Counted from the stretch's first letter, positions 29,503-40,538 are shown. The stretch is DNA of 64,000 nucleotides from an uncultured archaeon (GCA_963777125.1 CAVZPN010000024.1:6596-70595), one strand, 5' to 3'. Numbers and translations: made by a program. Notes: generated from the sequence alone by a model not told the origin.

Positions 29503-30180
29503 ATGTGGTTAGCTAAACTCAAACTTCAACATAAAGATTGTCCTATTGTTAATCGCTGTAATAAATTTAATCTTATTGTTTATTCTTATCCGAGTACGTG
29601 GTATCAAGAAAAGAACAAAAAGTATGCCACAACTACTTGCTTTTTTCAAAGTCAAGATAAAATCAAAAAAAATAAATTCTTATTAGATCTAAAGGCAGAC
29701 CGTCGAATTACAAATATAGAAATCTCAGGAGATATGTTCACATATGAAATAAGACTTCTTGGAAACGGTGAACATGTAATGTTATATCATACTAAGCAAA
29801 TATTTTTTATTAAACCAGTTATTAATCATCCAGATGGTCATGAATATTGGGAAGTAGCTTCATGGAAAAAAGAAATCTTAAGTAAATTTATAGAAGACCT
29901 GTCAGCACATATGAATATTTGTAAAATACTTAAATTAGTAGAACAACCTGTCACAGATATTTATCTTCCAAATGTTATGCCAAAACTTTCAGACCAACAA
30001 AAAAAAGCGTTAAAAATAGCTTATGAAAATTCATACTATACATATCCTAGAAAAAATTCTTTAACAACACTTGCTAAAAAGTCAGGATTAAGCGTATCAA
30101 CATTTCAAGAACATCTCCGTAAAGCAGAACTTAAGCTTTTACCAATTATCATTGAACAACAACTTAAAGAAGAAAATTAG
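29503..30180 (+). CDS. HTH_10 (Bat-like) DNA-binding domain protein
   Basis: C-terminal LSDQQKKALKIAYENSYYTYPRKNSLTTLAKKSGLSVSTFQEHLRKAELKLL matches the HTH_10 helix-turn-helix family. Confidence 0.55.
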   Translation: MWLAKLKLQHKDCPIVNRCNKFNLIVYSYPSTWYQEKNKKYATTTCFFQSQDKIKKNKFLLDLKADRRITNIEISGDMFTYEIRLLGNGEHVMLYHTKQIFFIKPVINHPDGHEYWEVASWKKEILSKFIEDLSAHMNICKILKLVEQPVTDIYLPNVMPKLSDQQKKALKIAYENSYYTYPRKNSLTTLAKKSGLSVSTFQEHLRKAELKLLPIIIEQQLKEEN

Positions 30181-30262
30181 TGCCTAATAATTCCATTCTA
30201 TAAAAATATGTGCCGTATATGTTCGGTAAAAGCATTATATCTATAGTTCCATTCCTAACTTA

Positions 30263-31411
30263 ATGACCCAAATAGAATTAGATAATTTAGTAGCCAATAT
30301 AATCTATAATACTGAAATTATAAACGAGGCAAGAAAAACACCTCCAGTACTCACCGAGGCAGAAGCAACAGAAATTGGTAAAATAATAGGAGCAAATAAT
30401 ATAAGTATAGATGTTAATTTAGCGCAAATATTTCTAAAAGAACAGTTTGAAGTATTTTTTGAAGCATATGCCAATAGAAATATAACTGCTGCATTACAAA
30501 GTTTGACCGATCTTAAATTTAGTAATCAATTAATTCCGACACTATATTCTAAACCCAATAAGTATTTTATTACACTCGAACAAAAACTACCTATGAAAGA
30601 TCCGGAATATGAAAATTATGAAGCACCATATTTTTTATCATTTAAAGAATTACGTAAAATAATAAGACATTCAAAAGACAGTATTCCTGTAGGAAATCAA
30701 ATAACGGTTAATGGAGTAAAACCAAATAAAGACTACTTTAAAACTGGAGAAGAAATGCTTATAAATATAAAACAGGCAGAAGAATCACTAATTAAATATC
30801 ATTTTACAATACATCAACTAAGTCATAAGAAAAAACACGCCAAAGAAATAAAGATAATAGGAAATGATTTTCGTAAATACGAGAGTTGGACAGGCGATGT
30901 TAAAATAATTGATTATAGTAATAATAAGTTAAAATATACATATTCTGATTTAAAGGGAAGAGAAAAAACAGAAACAGCTTCACGAATAAATATTAAAACA
31001 TACATCGAACCAGGAAGTAGTATGAATTTACTGGTGCCAAATATAGAATTAGATACTCTGGAGTCAATAATTTCTGCAATACAAAAGAATAATCCTGAAA
31101 AAGAAATAAACATAACAACAATAAAAAAATCCTATCAAACATATTTAGCGATTACTGATTGGGAAAAAGAGCTTGTATACAATCAGTACCTAAATTGTAC
31201 ACATAATAATGATATGTATATACTTAGATACCACAAAAAAGTTTTCGCTGCAATAGCCAAAAGAATGGATACAACATATATTAGAAAAATAGACTCACTT
31301 ATTACTAAACACTGGTATTTACAACCACTTATCGGAATAGTAGCATATATAAAAGAAGAATTTCCATATAAAATAAAATTTAAAATAGATTTCTCAGTTA
31401 AGAGAAAATAA
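30263..31411 (+). CDS. hypothetical protein (382 aa)
   Basis: Uninterrupted ORF with no recognisable motif. Confidence 0.45.
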   Translation: MTQIELDNLVANIIYNTEIINEARKTPPVLTEAEATEIGKIIGANNISIDVNLAQIFLKEQFEVFFEAYANRNITAALQSLTDLKFSNQLIPTLYSKPNKYFITLEQKLPMKDPEYENYEAPYFLSFKELRKIIRHSKDSIPVGNQITVNGVKPNKDYFKTGEEMLINIKQAEESLIKYHFTIHQLSHKKKHAKEIKIIGNDFRKYESWTGDVKIIDYSNNKLKYTYSDLKGREKTETASRINIKTYIEPGSSMNLLVPNIELDTLESIISAIQKNNPEKEINITTIKKSYQTYLAITDWEKELVYNQYLNCTHNNDMYILRYHKKVFAAIAKRMDTTYIRKIDSLITKHWYLQPLIGIVAYIKEEFPYKIKFKIDFSVKRK

Positions 31412-31421
31412 CCTATTACCA

Positions 31422-31928
31422 TTAATTCTTAAGATTTATTAAATTACAAGATAAATCAAAATTAATCTTTAATAGTGACCACATATAATCATAAGAATTG
31501 TCTGTAATAATTTTCACATTATTATCATGATCTGTTGTTCTAATGGAATTTTTAGTGACTGTTCCATATTCGTGTGATAATGCACTATATACTGTTCCTT
31601 CTACCAATTGTTTTGTTTTATTTAAAAATCTAAAATCTGTAACTATATTTCTTCCATAATCTACTAATAATATCTGACCATATATTTCATCAACAACCTT
31701 ATTAGAGTAATAATTCTCTTGTGTTTTATACTTAGTCAAATTAAGGTCAAAATTTTTATAATGTTCAGGTTTATTTTTCAGAAGATAATCATAATCTTTT
31801 ATATCATCTAACTTAAACAACCCTACATGTTTGTTTTGTTGAGCGTTTACGCTAAAAGTATCAGTCAATAATAGTGCACCAATTGATGCAACAGCACTTT
31901 TCTTCAAAAAATCTCGTCTAGTTGTCAT
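31422..31928 (-). CDS. secreted protein with twin-arginine (Tat) signal peptide, paralog A
   Basis: MTTRRDFLKKSAVASIGALLL is a canonical (S/T)RRxFLK motif plus h-region. First approximately 57 aa and the upstream 70 bp are near-identical to the adjacent paralog. Confidence 0.6.
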   Translation of the reverse strand: MTTRRDFLKKSAVASIGALLLTDTFSVNAQQNKHVGLFKLDDIKDYDYLLKNKPEHYKNFDLNLTKYKTQENYYSNKVVDEIYGQILLVDYGRNIVTDFRFLNKTKQLVEGTVYSALSHEYGTVTKNSIRTTDHDNNVKIITDNSYDYMWSLLKINFDLSCNLINLKN

Positions 31929-31988
31929 AGTAATTACCTATTAAATTTTAATCGAATATAGTTTAATTAAGTATAATTATGAATAATA

Positions 31989-32510
31989 TTATTTATCATG
32001 CTTATAAAAAGTATTATTAAAAATGAAGTCATAAGCAGTATGAAATTGTGATTTCGTTTTATTCCATTCTTCAATATAACAATTTACGCTAGTCTCCGTA
32101 TTAATATTATGATTAATAGTAGTTATATTATCTTTAGTTGTTTTTTCAGACATATGTGAATTAGCAGAATATCTTGTACCTTCTACTAACTGGTTTGAAT
32201 CTATTAAAAACCTAAAATCTTTAACACTATGGTTTTCATAATCTACAACTAATATCTGACCTAATTGTTCATTTGCAGATATATTAGAATAATAACTTCT
32301 GCCATTAACAGAACTAACAACATTAAGCTTTAGGCTATTATAATGTTCAGGTTTATTTTTCAGAAGATAATCGTAATCTTTTATATCATCTAACTTAAAC
32401 AACCCCACATGTTTGTTTTGTTGAGCGTACACACTAAAAGTATCAGGCAACAATAATGCACCTACTGATGCAATAGTGCTTTTCTTCAAAAAATCTCGTC
32501 TAGTTGTCAT
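31989..32510 (-). CDS. secreted protein with twin-arginine (Tat) signal peptide, paralog B
   Basis: MTTRRDFLKKSTIASVGALLL. Tandem duplicate of 31422..31928 with a diverged C-terminal two thirds. Confidence 0.6.
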   Translation of the reverse strand: MTTRRDFLKKSTIASVGALLLPDTFSVYAQQNKHVGLFKLDDIKDYDYLLKNKPEHYNSLKLNVVSSVNGRSYYSNISANEQLGQILVVDYENHSVKDFRFLIDSNQLVEGTRYSANSHMSEKTTKDNITTINHNINTETSVNCYIEEWNKTKSQFHTAYDFIFNNTFYKHDK

Positions 32511-32759
32511 AGTAATTATCTATTAAATTTTAATTGAATATATTTTAATTAAGTATAAATTATGAATAATAATATTATTTATATAGTTTTCGTTTTTGTA
32601 ATCACTCTTTAGTGATACTCTTGATTTAATAAATAATTAAATGGTATTAAACAAAGTCAAGTAATGACACTGAATACATAATCATAAAACATATAAACAT
32701 TAAAATTACTAAATACTATTAAATTAATAAGGAATTATAAGGCAGTAATAAATTAAAAG

Positions 32760-33632
32760 GTGATTTATATGGTACGTAAAGCAGTTTTCGCAGGACAATT
32801 CTATGAACATAATGAACAAGATTTAGATAAACAAATTACTGAATGTTTTGAAGGAAAAAATGGTCCAGGAGCTTTGCCATTAAATAAACGAGCAGGAATT
32901 ATTCAAGCAATAATTGCACCACATGCAGGTTATACTTATTCAGGAGCTTGCGCAGCTTGGGCATATAAAGAAATTGCTGAATCAGAATTTGCCGATGTAT
33001 ATATTATTCTTGGTCCTAATCATGCTGGAAATGGTAACGCATTAAGTATGCAAGGTTACGAAACACCATTTGGCCTAGCAAGAGTTGATCAAGAATTTGC
33101 AAATGCATTACTTGAAAAAAATTCTGAATTAAAAGTTGATGAAACAGCACATGAAGCAGAACACAGCATAGAAGTTCAAATTCCATTTTTACAATTTGCA
33201 ACTAAAGATAAGATGCATGAATTAAAAATAGTTCCAATAATATTAAGTAATATCGACTATAATAAATTAGGTCTTGATATTAAAGAAACAATAATTGAAA
33301 GTGGGAAAAAAGTTGTTATAATAGTAAGTAGCGATTTTACTCACTACGGAAGAAACTATCATTACATTCCTTTCAGTACTGATGTTAAGAAAAATATTTA
33401 TAATAGAGATAAGCAAGGAATAGAGTTAATAGAAAAACTTAATGCGGATGCATTTATGGGCTACATTGATGAAACAATGGGAACAATATGTGGAGCATTT
33501 CCAATAGCAACATTATTAAAAAGTATTAAAAGTGATAAAATAGAATTATTACAATACTACACTAGCGCAGATCTAGAAGAAGAACAATCATACAAGAATT
33601 CAGTAAGTTATGCGGCAATGGTGTTTAGATAA
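32760..33632 (+). CDS. MEMO1 / AmmeMemoRadiSam system protein B family (UPF0103)
   Basis: AVFAGQFY...APHAGYTYSGACAAWAY...ILGPNH motifs typical of the Memo-like family. Confidence 0.7.
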   Translation: MIYMVRKAVFAGQFYEHNEQDLDKQITECFEGKNGPGALPLNKRAGIIQAIIAPHAGYTYSGACAAWAYKEIAESEFADVYIILGPNHAGNGNALSMQGYETPFGLARVDQEFANALLEKNSELKVDETAHEAEHSIEVQIPFLQFATKDKMHELKIVPIILSNIDYNKLGLDIKETIIESGKKVVIIVSSDFTHYGRNYHYIPFSTDVKKNIYNRDKQGIELIEKLNADAFMGYIDETMGTICGAFPIATLLKSIKSDKIELLQYYTSADLEEEQSYKNSVSYAAMVFR

Positions 33633-33706
33633 AGTGCATTAGAGTTAAGTATCAGTAAGATATATAAAATCAACAAGTATTCTAATGATTAAGAGTATGA
33701 TTAATC

Positions 33707-35407
33707 ATGAGTAGAGATAAGAAGGAAGCAAATTCAGAAATAGCAGCAAATACTAATATTGATAAGACTACTGGTTTGACTAAAGAACAAGTTGAAAAAA
33801 CTAAAAAATATTCTGTCAGAGATGGTTCAGCTTACAACGTCATGTTTGGATTTGGAGAACAATACGTAACGCCTTATGCGTTAAAACTTGGCGCAACAAA
33901 TTCTGAAATTGGAATACTTGCAAGCGTTCCATCATTTATTGGTTCATTATTTCAAATTGTTGGAGCAAAATTAACTGATAAGTATAAAAATAGAAAAAAA
34001 GTTGTTACATGGTTTGTATTTTTTCAAGCATTAATGATTTTACCATTATTTATTATTCCATATTTTACTAAAAGCATCATGCTATTAACATTAATATTTT
34101 CATTATATCTAATATTTAGTAATGCTGGAGCTCCTGGATGGAATTCTTGGATTGGTTCAGTTATTCCTGAAAGCGAACGTGCAGAATATTTTAGTAAAAG
34201 AAATAGGGTTACAATATTTGCGTTGCTAGTTTCTGTTCTTTGTGCAGGATTAATATTAAATTATTTTACTAATGTAAACATTTGGATTGGCTTTGCAATA
34301 TTATTTGGAATTTCATTTCTTGGAAGAATAGTTTCTTGGTATTACTTAACAAAACAATATGAACCAGAATATGTTATTAATGATAATGCTCAATTTTCTT
34401 TTAAAGATTTTTTAAAAAGAATGCCTGAAACAAATTTCGGTAACTTTGTTATGTTTAGATCATTAATGGCTCTTGCCGTAATGATTGCTTCACCATTCTT
34501 TGCAGTATATATGTTAAATGAATTAAATTTTTCTTATATTCGATTTACAATAATAATTATTGTTCCTATGATTGTTAAAGTTTTAACTATGACTTATTGG
34601 GGTAAGTATAGTAATAAATTTGGTACAAGAAATATTATGATTGTGTCAGCATTCTTAATTGCATTATTTCCATTAATTTGGTTTTTAGGCGGCTACGTAT
34701 TATATAAATATTTTAATATATTCTATATTATTATATGCGCAGAAATTCTCGGAGGATTTGCCTGGGCAGGATTTGAACTAACAACATTTAATTATGTTTT
34801 AGAAACAGTTAGTCCCCAAAAAAGAGCTCAAGCAACAGCATACTTTAATGTAGTATTTGGAACATCAGTATTAATAGGAGGATTATTTGGAAGTTGGTTA
34901 ATTAGCGTTCTTCCAACAAACTTTTACGGCATGTCAACCTTATTAATGGTTATATTAATATCCGTAATTGCAAGATTTATCGTACCATTATTATTTATTT
35001 CTAAATTAAAAGAAGTTAAAATTAAAAAGAACATTGATGAAAGAAAATTATTTATGGATTTAGTTATAAGTAAACCATTACATTCAGCAATGCATCAAAC
35101 ATCTCAAATAATGTTTTTAACAGAAAAAAGTATAACTAAAGTTAGCAGCGTAACACGCAAAGGATTAACTATTGTTAAAAAACCAATTAATCCAGTAATA
35201 TCCGGAGTTGTTAATGGAATTGATAAAGGCTTAACAAAAGTTGAACCAATACGAAAAGCATTAGAGCCAAAAAAGATACGTCATAATAAAAAACAAAGAT
35301 ATGATGACTTAGTGAGTTATGATTATACTAATCATATTAAAAGTCATCCTAAAATGGCGAAGAAACTAGATAGAAAAAGCAGAATAATAGTTGTTAAGAA
35401 AAAATAG
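33707..35407 (+). CDS. MFS-type transporter with a long cytoplasmic C-terminal tail
   Basis: Approximately 12 predicted TM helices arranged as 6+6 with a loop between them. Basic C-terminal extension. Confidence 0.65.
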   Translation: MSRDKKEANSEIAANTNIDKTTGLTKEQVEKTKKYSVRDGSAYNVMFGFGEQYVTPYALKLGATNSEIGILASVPSFIGSLFQIVGAKLTDKYKNRKKVVTWFVFFQALMILPLFIIPYFTKSIMLLTLIFSLYLIFSNAGAPGWNSWIGSVIPESERAEYFSKRNRVTIFALLVSVLCAGLILNYFTNVNIWIGFAILFGISFLGRIVSWYYLTKQYEPEYVINDNAQFSFKDFLKRMPETNFGNFVMFRSLMALAVMIASPFFAVYMLNELNFSYIRFTIIIIVPMIVKVLTMTYWGKYSNKFGTRNIMIVSAFLIALFPLIWFLGGYVLYKYFNIFYIIICAEILGGFAWAGFELTTFNYVLETVSPQKRAQATAYFNVVFGTSVLIGGLFGSWLISVLPTNFYGMSTLLMVILISVIARFIVPLLFISKLKEVKIKKNIDERKLFMDLVISKPLHSAMHQTSQIMFLTEKSITKVSSVTRKGLTIVKKPINPVISGVVNGIDKGLTKVEPIRKALEPKKIRHNKKQRYDDLVSYDYTNHIKSHPKMAKKLDRKSRIIVVKKK

Positions 35408-35454
35408 AAAATACCCCATTAAAACTTATTCAATAATAAACATAAGGCAATAAA

Positions 35455-37248
35455 TCACTTCTTACCCTTTTTCTTAGGTTTTACTTTAGAAACAGAAGGT
35501 AATTTTTTCTTTGAATGTACAGCAGATTCTTTTGATGATTTCTTTTCTTCAACTACCACTTGTTTCTTTTCAACTTTAACATCGCTTATAATAGCCTTTG
35601 TATGCATTACATTAAATAATTCTGTAATGTTAATTTCAAGAACTGCAACAGGCATATCAATTGCCCAATTCATTAATACTTGAGGATGAATCTCGCCAAT
35701 GTAAGCAATTTTTGCATTGTTTACAACAACTCTTCCTGTTCTTCCTTTAATAAATGAGCCATGATCACTATCAGTAATATCATATTTAATATTTAATGCT
35801 TCACAAATTACATCTAATATTTGTTTAATCTTAGTAAAATTAGCATCATTACCACATAATGCAATTCCAAGTCTTTCAGTTTCATGAACACCAGTTTCAA
35901 AAGCAGAATCGAGTTTAAACACTGTTCCAATTTCGAAAATATTTTGAGGATAATCGTAGTGTTTATTGTACTTTAATGTTTCCATTAAACTTGGAGTCAT
36001 CCATGCACGTAAAATATTATAATCTTGCGTCACACTATTTTCTAGTTCAACACATTCAATTGGATAATTCATTAATTTTGATTGAACATCTTTATTTGTT
36101 AGATGATAATTTTTAACTTCAATAAAGCCGAGTCCAATTAATACAGATCTTAAACTATTATTAAATATTTCAACTGGTCTTTCACGTGCTGTTGTTGAAA
36201 ATTCTGATAATTTACCATTAAAATTTTCGTAACCATATGCAATTGCAACATCTTCAACTAAATCAATTGGATGTAATATGTCAGAACGATAATTTGGAAC
36301 TAATGCTTTTTTATTTTTATAATCGTGACCCATTTTTGCAAGATATTTTTTCACATCTGACTCAGATAAATTAAAACCTAAACGCTTATTTACATACTCA
36401 ACATCTAATTTTATTTCGCGTCCAGATAGATTAGGCGTTAAATATTTTTTATCAGGATACTGTAATTCTACACTAAAAATTTGGCCACCCATATCAGCCA
36501 TTGCAGTTACAACCATATTAAGACATGTATGTAAATAATCAAATTCGAATCCAGAACACTCAATAAATACATCTTTAGTTGTAAGAGTAATTTTACCAAT
36601 ATTATTACTATTAATTATTGGCGGCATACTCATAATATTTTGTTTAGAATCAATAAATATTGGATACTTTGATTTTCCTTCAAGTAAGTGCCCATATTCT
36701 CTTCCAGTTGGATGAATTGCAAGTATCTGCGAACCAGATAAATCCTTATTCATATCAAGTGGTTTAAATCTTATTTCTTCAGGAAATAATGCCTTATAAT
36801 AAATAGGTGGTTTAATATGTTCAAGTGGATAAATACCAATAGCAGTTTTTCTTCTATTTCGACCATAAGTAATATGTAATTTTTCTTGTATTTGAATTAA
36901 CTCTTTAATTTTTTCATCAGTTAATTTTAATCCTTTAACAATTGCGCAAGCAGTATACGGCCTTACATCTTTAACAGATTTATCAACAATTACTTTAACA
37001 CCACTTTTTTTAACATCATATTTTTTAAATCCTGATTTTATACCCATAAATGAACTTAGAGCTCTTGCCATTCCTTGTTCGGATAATAAATCAGGTCTAT
37101 TAGGAAATATTTCAACTTCAATTTCTTGCTCATTAATGCCTTCAAACCCGGTTCCAAGAAATGATATTCTATCACCTAATTGTTCATCAGATATTTTTCT
37201 TCCAAGTAATTCTAAAATTGTTTTCTTATTATATTTTAATGTAGGCAT
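35455..37248 (-). CDS. pheT: phenylalanine--tRNA ligase beta subunit, archaeal type
   Basis: Domain order typical of archaeal PheT (B3/4, B5, catalytic-like core). Adjacent to pheS. K-rich C-terminal tail. Confidence 0.8.
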   Translation of the reverse strand: MPTLKYNKKTILELLGRKISDEQLGDRISFLGTGFEGINEQEIEVEIFPNRPDLLSEQGMARALSSFMGIKSGFKKYDVKKSGVKVIVDKSVKDVRPYTACAIVKGLKLTDEKIKELIQIQEKLHITYGRNRRKTAIGIYPLEHIKPPIYYKALFPEEIRFKPLDMNKDLSGSQILAIHPTGREYGHLLEGKSKYPIFIDSKQNIMSMPPIINSNNIGKITLTTKDVFIECSGFEFDYLHTCLNMVVTAMADMGGQIFSVELQYPDKKYLTPNLSGREIKLDVEYVNKRLGFNLSESDVKKYLAKMGHDYKNKKALVPNYRSDILHPIDLVEDVAIAYGYENFNGKLSEFSTTARERPVEIFNNSLRSVLIGLGFIEVKNYHLTNKDVQSKLMNYPIECVELENSVTQDYNILRAWMTPSLMETLKYNKHYDYPQNIFEIGTVFKLDSAFETGVHETERLGIALCGNDANFTKIKQILDVICEALNIKYDITDSDHGSFIKGRTGRVVVNNAKIAYIGEIHPQVLMNWAIDMPVAVLEINITELFNVMHTKAIISDVKVEKKQVVVEEKKSSKESAVHSKKKLPSVSKVKPKKKGKK

Positions 37249-37283
37249 TTTTCACCATAGTTAATTAAAACTGAATTATTTAT

Positions 37284-37526
37284 TTACAAATCCTTTATTT
37301 TATGACTTATAACTTTTAATTTCGAATCCGAATCATATATACAAACTATTCCAACAATAAATAACATTACTGAAACAAGTAATAATTGTAAATGATAACT
37401 ATATATATTTATTATATATAATATTAAGCCTATAAGCGTTATTAACATAAATCCGAACATTAATAACAATCTTTTATTATATGCAAGTTCCAAACGTTTT
37501 AGTTCGAAAACTTTTTTATCATCCAT
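37284..37526 (-). CDS. small membrane protein (2 TM)
   Basis: 80 aa ORF with two hydrophobic helices between pheT and pheS. Confidence 0.35.
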   Translation of the reverse strand: MDDKKVFELKRLELAYNKRLLLMFGFMLITLIGLILYIINIYSYHLQLLLVSVMLFIVGIVCIYDSDSKLKVISHKIKDL

Positions 37527-37623
37527 TCTTAAACTCCCAGCACCTCTTTATTAAAAATACTAAATAAATATAATATCAATCAACATCCAAAAAAACTCAT
37601 TTCAATTGTCAATCAAACATCAA

Positions 37624-39169
37624 TTATTGTGGCTGTAATAACCATTTTTTAATTGATCTTAATTGTTTCATATCGTTTCTTGTGAAATCTCTTAAATCTT
37701 TAATATCGTAATATTGAGTTGTAATTCTTCCAAATCCAAATCCCCAAGCTAAAACAGGACACTCAAATCCCATTAAAGTTTTTGTAACTTCTGGTCTAAA
37801 CATTCCAGCGCCACCAAGTTCAACCCATTCATTTCTTTCTTTATTAAATACTTCAACTTCAATACTAGGTTCAGTATAAGGGAAATGTCCAGGTCTAATT
37901 TTTATCTTGTCATAACCCATTGCTTTGAAAAATACTTTAATATAACCAATTAAATCTTCAAATGTGGCATTAGGATCAACTACTATTCCATCTGTTTGAT
38001 AAAATTCAAATGAATGTTTCCAATCTACCGCTTCATTTCTAAATACTTTACCTATGTTGAAAAATTTAATTGGAAGATCTTCTTTTTTTAATTTAGATAT
38101 TGTCTGTGCAGATAATACAGTTGTATGAGTTCTTAGCATTAATTGTTTAGCTTTTTCTTCATCCCAAGTTCCACCCCAGCCGCAGCTTCCCGTATCTGCC
38201 CCATTTTCATGAACAGCTTTTATTCTCTTTTTTAATTCTTCAGGAATTTTTGCTTTTGAAGGCTTCTTTAAATAGAATGTATCTTGCATTTCTCTTGCCG
38301 GATGATCTTGTGGTACAAATAATGAATCTAAATCCCAGAACGCACTTTGAATCATTGTGCCAGACATTTCTTGAAATCCCTTATTTAACCATATTGATCG
38401 GGCATAATCCATAGCTTCATTTTCAAAATGTTTTTTTCCATAAACAATTTTTGGAACTTGAGATTTAATATCATACGATCTAAATTCTTTATTATTCCAA
38501 GATTTATTTCTAATTATTTCTTGTGTTAACACATCAATTACATCTTTATTTATAGAATCAAAATTTTGTAATAATTCACTTCCTAGAGCTGAAATAGTAA
38601 CTGTTTTTACTTTATCAACATCAACTTTTAAGATACTCTTACGTTTAACAAGTTCATTAAATGCATAGACTTCTTCAGATGACAATGCCTTTGGATCAAG
38701 TGGGAATGATTTTTTTAAGAAAATTTCTTCAAGTGTTTCTTTTTTTAATATATTTCGACCAAGAATCAGTCATAGAAACTAATACATCATTTCCTTTCTT
38801 TGCAATATTTATTGCTCCTTTCTTTTTTAATAATCCTAAAGAAACAGATACTTCTTCTTTTGATAATTTTGATGCTTTTTCAATATCTTTAATTGACATT
38901 TCATGATTTAAAGCGGTTAAAAATAATCTTTCTGGTAATCCTTGTTTAACATACAATTTACCATTTGTATCTAGAAATATTAATTGTTTAGAATCTTCTT
39001 TTAAATCTATTAGATTCTTATTTTTAAGCCATTGTAAGGCTCTACTTACTTCTACGTCTTTTAATTTAGAATTCTTCTCTAAATCACTAATTGTACTAAA
39101 TTTAGGAATAAGTGGCAATAATTTTCTCTCTAAAGGATGCAAACTATCCACTAGCTTTTTCAAATCCAA
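37624..39169 (-). CDS. pheS: phenylalanine--tRNA ligase alpha subunit, archaeal type, reading frame interrupted by a +1 frameshift at an A7 run
   Basis: 38729..39169 encodes the winged-helix N-terminal domain. 37624..38685 encodes the class II core (motif 2 FRNEAVDWKHSFEFYQTDG, motif 3 GAGMFRPEV). Manual translation shows the catalytic frame stays open upstream through the N-ORF stop. Removing one A from the A7 tract (plus-strand T7 at 38740..38746) fuses the two parts into one approximately 510 aa protein. Confidence 0.7.
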
Positions 39170-39630
39170 TGTTATAACCCCCTAAAATTCTATCTTTAGA
39201 TATAACAAATATATAAACCTATCTATTGTATTTATAAATAAACTGAGTAGAATCGACACTAAATATAACTATTGTAGGAGGACAAAAATAAGCAAATAGT
39301 ATACTATATACACACAAAATAAGTCATAACTAGAACAAGTAAATTATTTCACTAACAATAAAACACAAAATATTAAATCATAAAAATACACTATTAATAA
39401 AATATTAAAAATAATAATTATATTTAATAAATATCAATTAAAATTAAAAGCACATCTAAATACTCACTCTACATAATTCACCCCTCTCATCCAATAACAA
39501 TAATATAACCATTCTGTAAGGGTTAAAAACCAAAACATATATAAAGTAGTATACTTATTTCATTTCTATAGAATAGCAATTTTTAAGAAAAAGGGTGAAA
39601 AATTGACTAAGTATTAGTCGAGAGGTTAAA

Positions 39631-40449
39631 ATGATTGTTAAAGAAGAATTTTTAAGCAAGTTAAGAAGATATTTTGGTTTAAATCTTTACGAAGTAAAAA
39701 TTTGGACTGCACTGTTAAGTAGAGGAGTTTCTACAGCAGGAGAATTATCCGACATTGCAAATGTTCCAAGAAGTAGAAGTTACGATATTTTAGAATCTCT
39801 TGAGAAAAAAGGATTCGTTGTAATGAAAATTGGAAAACCTATAAAGTACATAGCTGTTTCTCCAAAAGAAATTGTTGAAAGAGTAAAGAAGAATGTAAGA
39901 ATAGACTCTGATGAAAAAATAAAACGACTTGAAGACTTAAAAGGAACTGACGTTGTAGATGAATTAAATAATTTACACACACAAGGTGTTGAAATTATAG
40001 AACCATCTGATTTAAGCGGAAGTTTAAAAGGAAGACACAACTTATACAATCATCTAGAATTAACTATTAAAAATGCAGAAGAAAGCGTTACTATAATGAC
40101 TACAAATGAAGGTTTAATGAGAAAAATAGAAGGATTAAAACCAGTATTTGAACAATTAAAGAAACGTGGCGTTAAAATAAAAATTGCTGCACCATTAAAT
40201 AAAGATTCAATCCCTGCAGTTAAAGATTTAGGCAACGTTGCTGAAATAAGACACACAGATGCAAAAGCAAGATTTACAATTGTAGATAGAAAAGAATTAT
40301 TATTTATGATTGCAGATGATAAAGAAGTTCATCCAACTTACGATGTAGGAATTTGGGTAAATACTCCTTTCTTTGCTAATGCTCTTGAAGAATTATTCGA
40401 ACTAGCATGGAAAGAAATGAAACCTGCAAAGAATGTACTTAAATTATAA
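39631..40449 (+). CDS. TrmB-family transcriptional regulator
   Basis: N-terminal LYEVKIWTALLSRGVSTAGELSDIANVPRSRSYDILESLEKKGFV TrmB winged helix, followed by a C-terminal effector-like domain. Confidence 0.7.
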   Translation: MIVKEEFLSKLRRYFGLNLYEVKIWTALLSRGVSTAGELSDIANVPRSRSYDILESLEKKGFVVMKIGKPIKYIAVSPKEIVERVKKNVRIDSDEKIKRLEDLKGTDVVDELNNLHTQGVEIIEPSDLSGSLKGRHNLYNHLELTIKNAEESVTIMTTNEGLMRKIEGLKPVFEQLKKRGVKIKIAAPLNKDSIPAVKDLGNVAEIRHTDAKARFTIVDRKELLFMIADDKEVHPTYDVGIWVNTPFFANALEELFELAWKEMKPAKNVLKL

Positions 40450-40538
40450 GTACTTATTTTTTTATTTATTTTTACTTCTTAAAATATAATTAATAATTGA
40501 AAAAAATATTTTCTCTTCCAAAATTCACACAATATTAA

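Noticed and set aside
38729-38731. Interpreting the pheS and pelota breaks as UGA recoding (alternative genetic code)
   Set aside because: The downstream segments are in a different frame, so read-through of UGA cannot fuse them. UGA is also used as a normal stop, for example for the histone.
39170-39630. 460 bp gene-free interval upstream of pheS and trmB as a possible ncRNA or tRNA locus
   Set aside because: The sequence is extremely AT-rich with no GC-rich stem candidates. No cloverleaf or C/D-box (RUGAUGA...CUGA) pattern was found. It most likely holds divergent promoters and UTRs.
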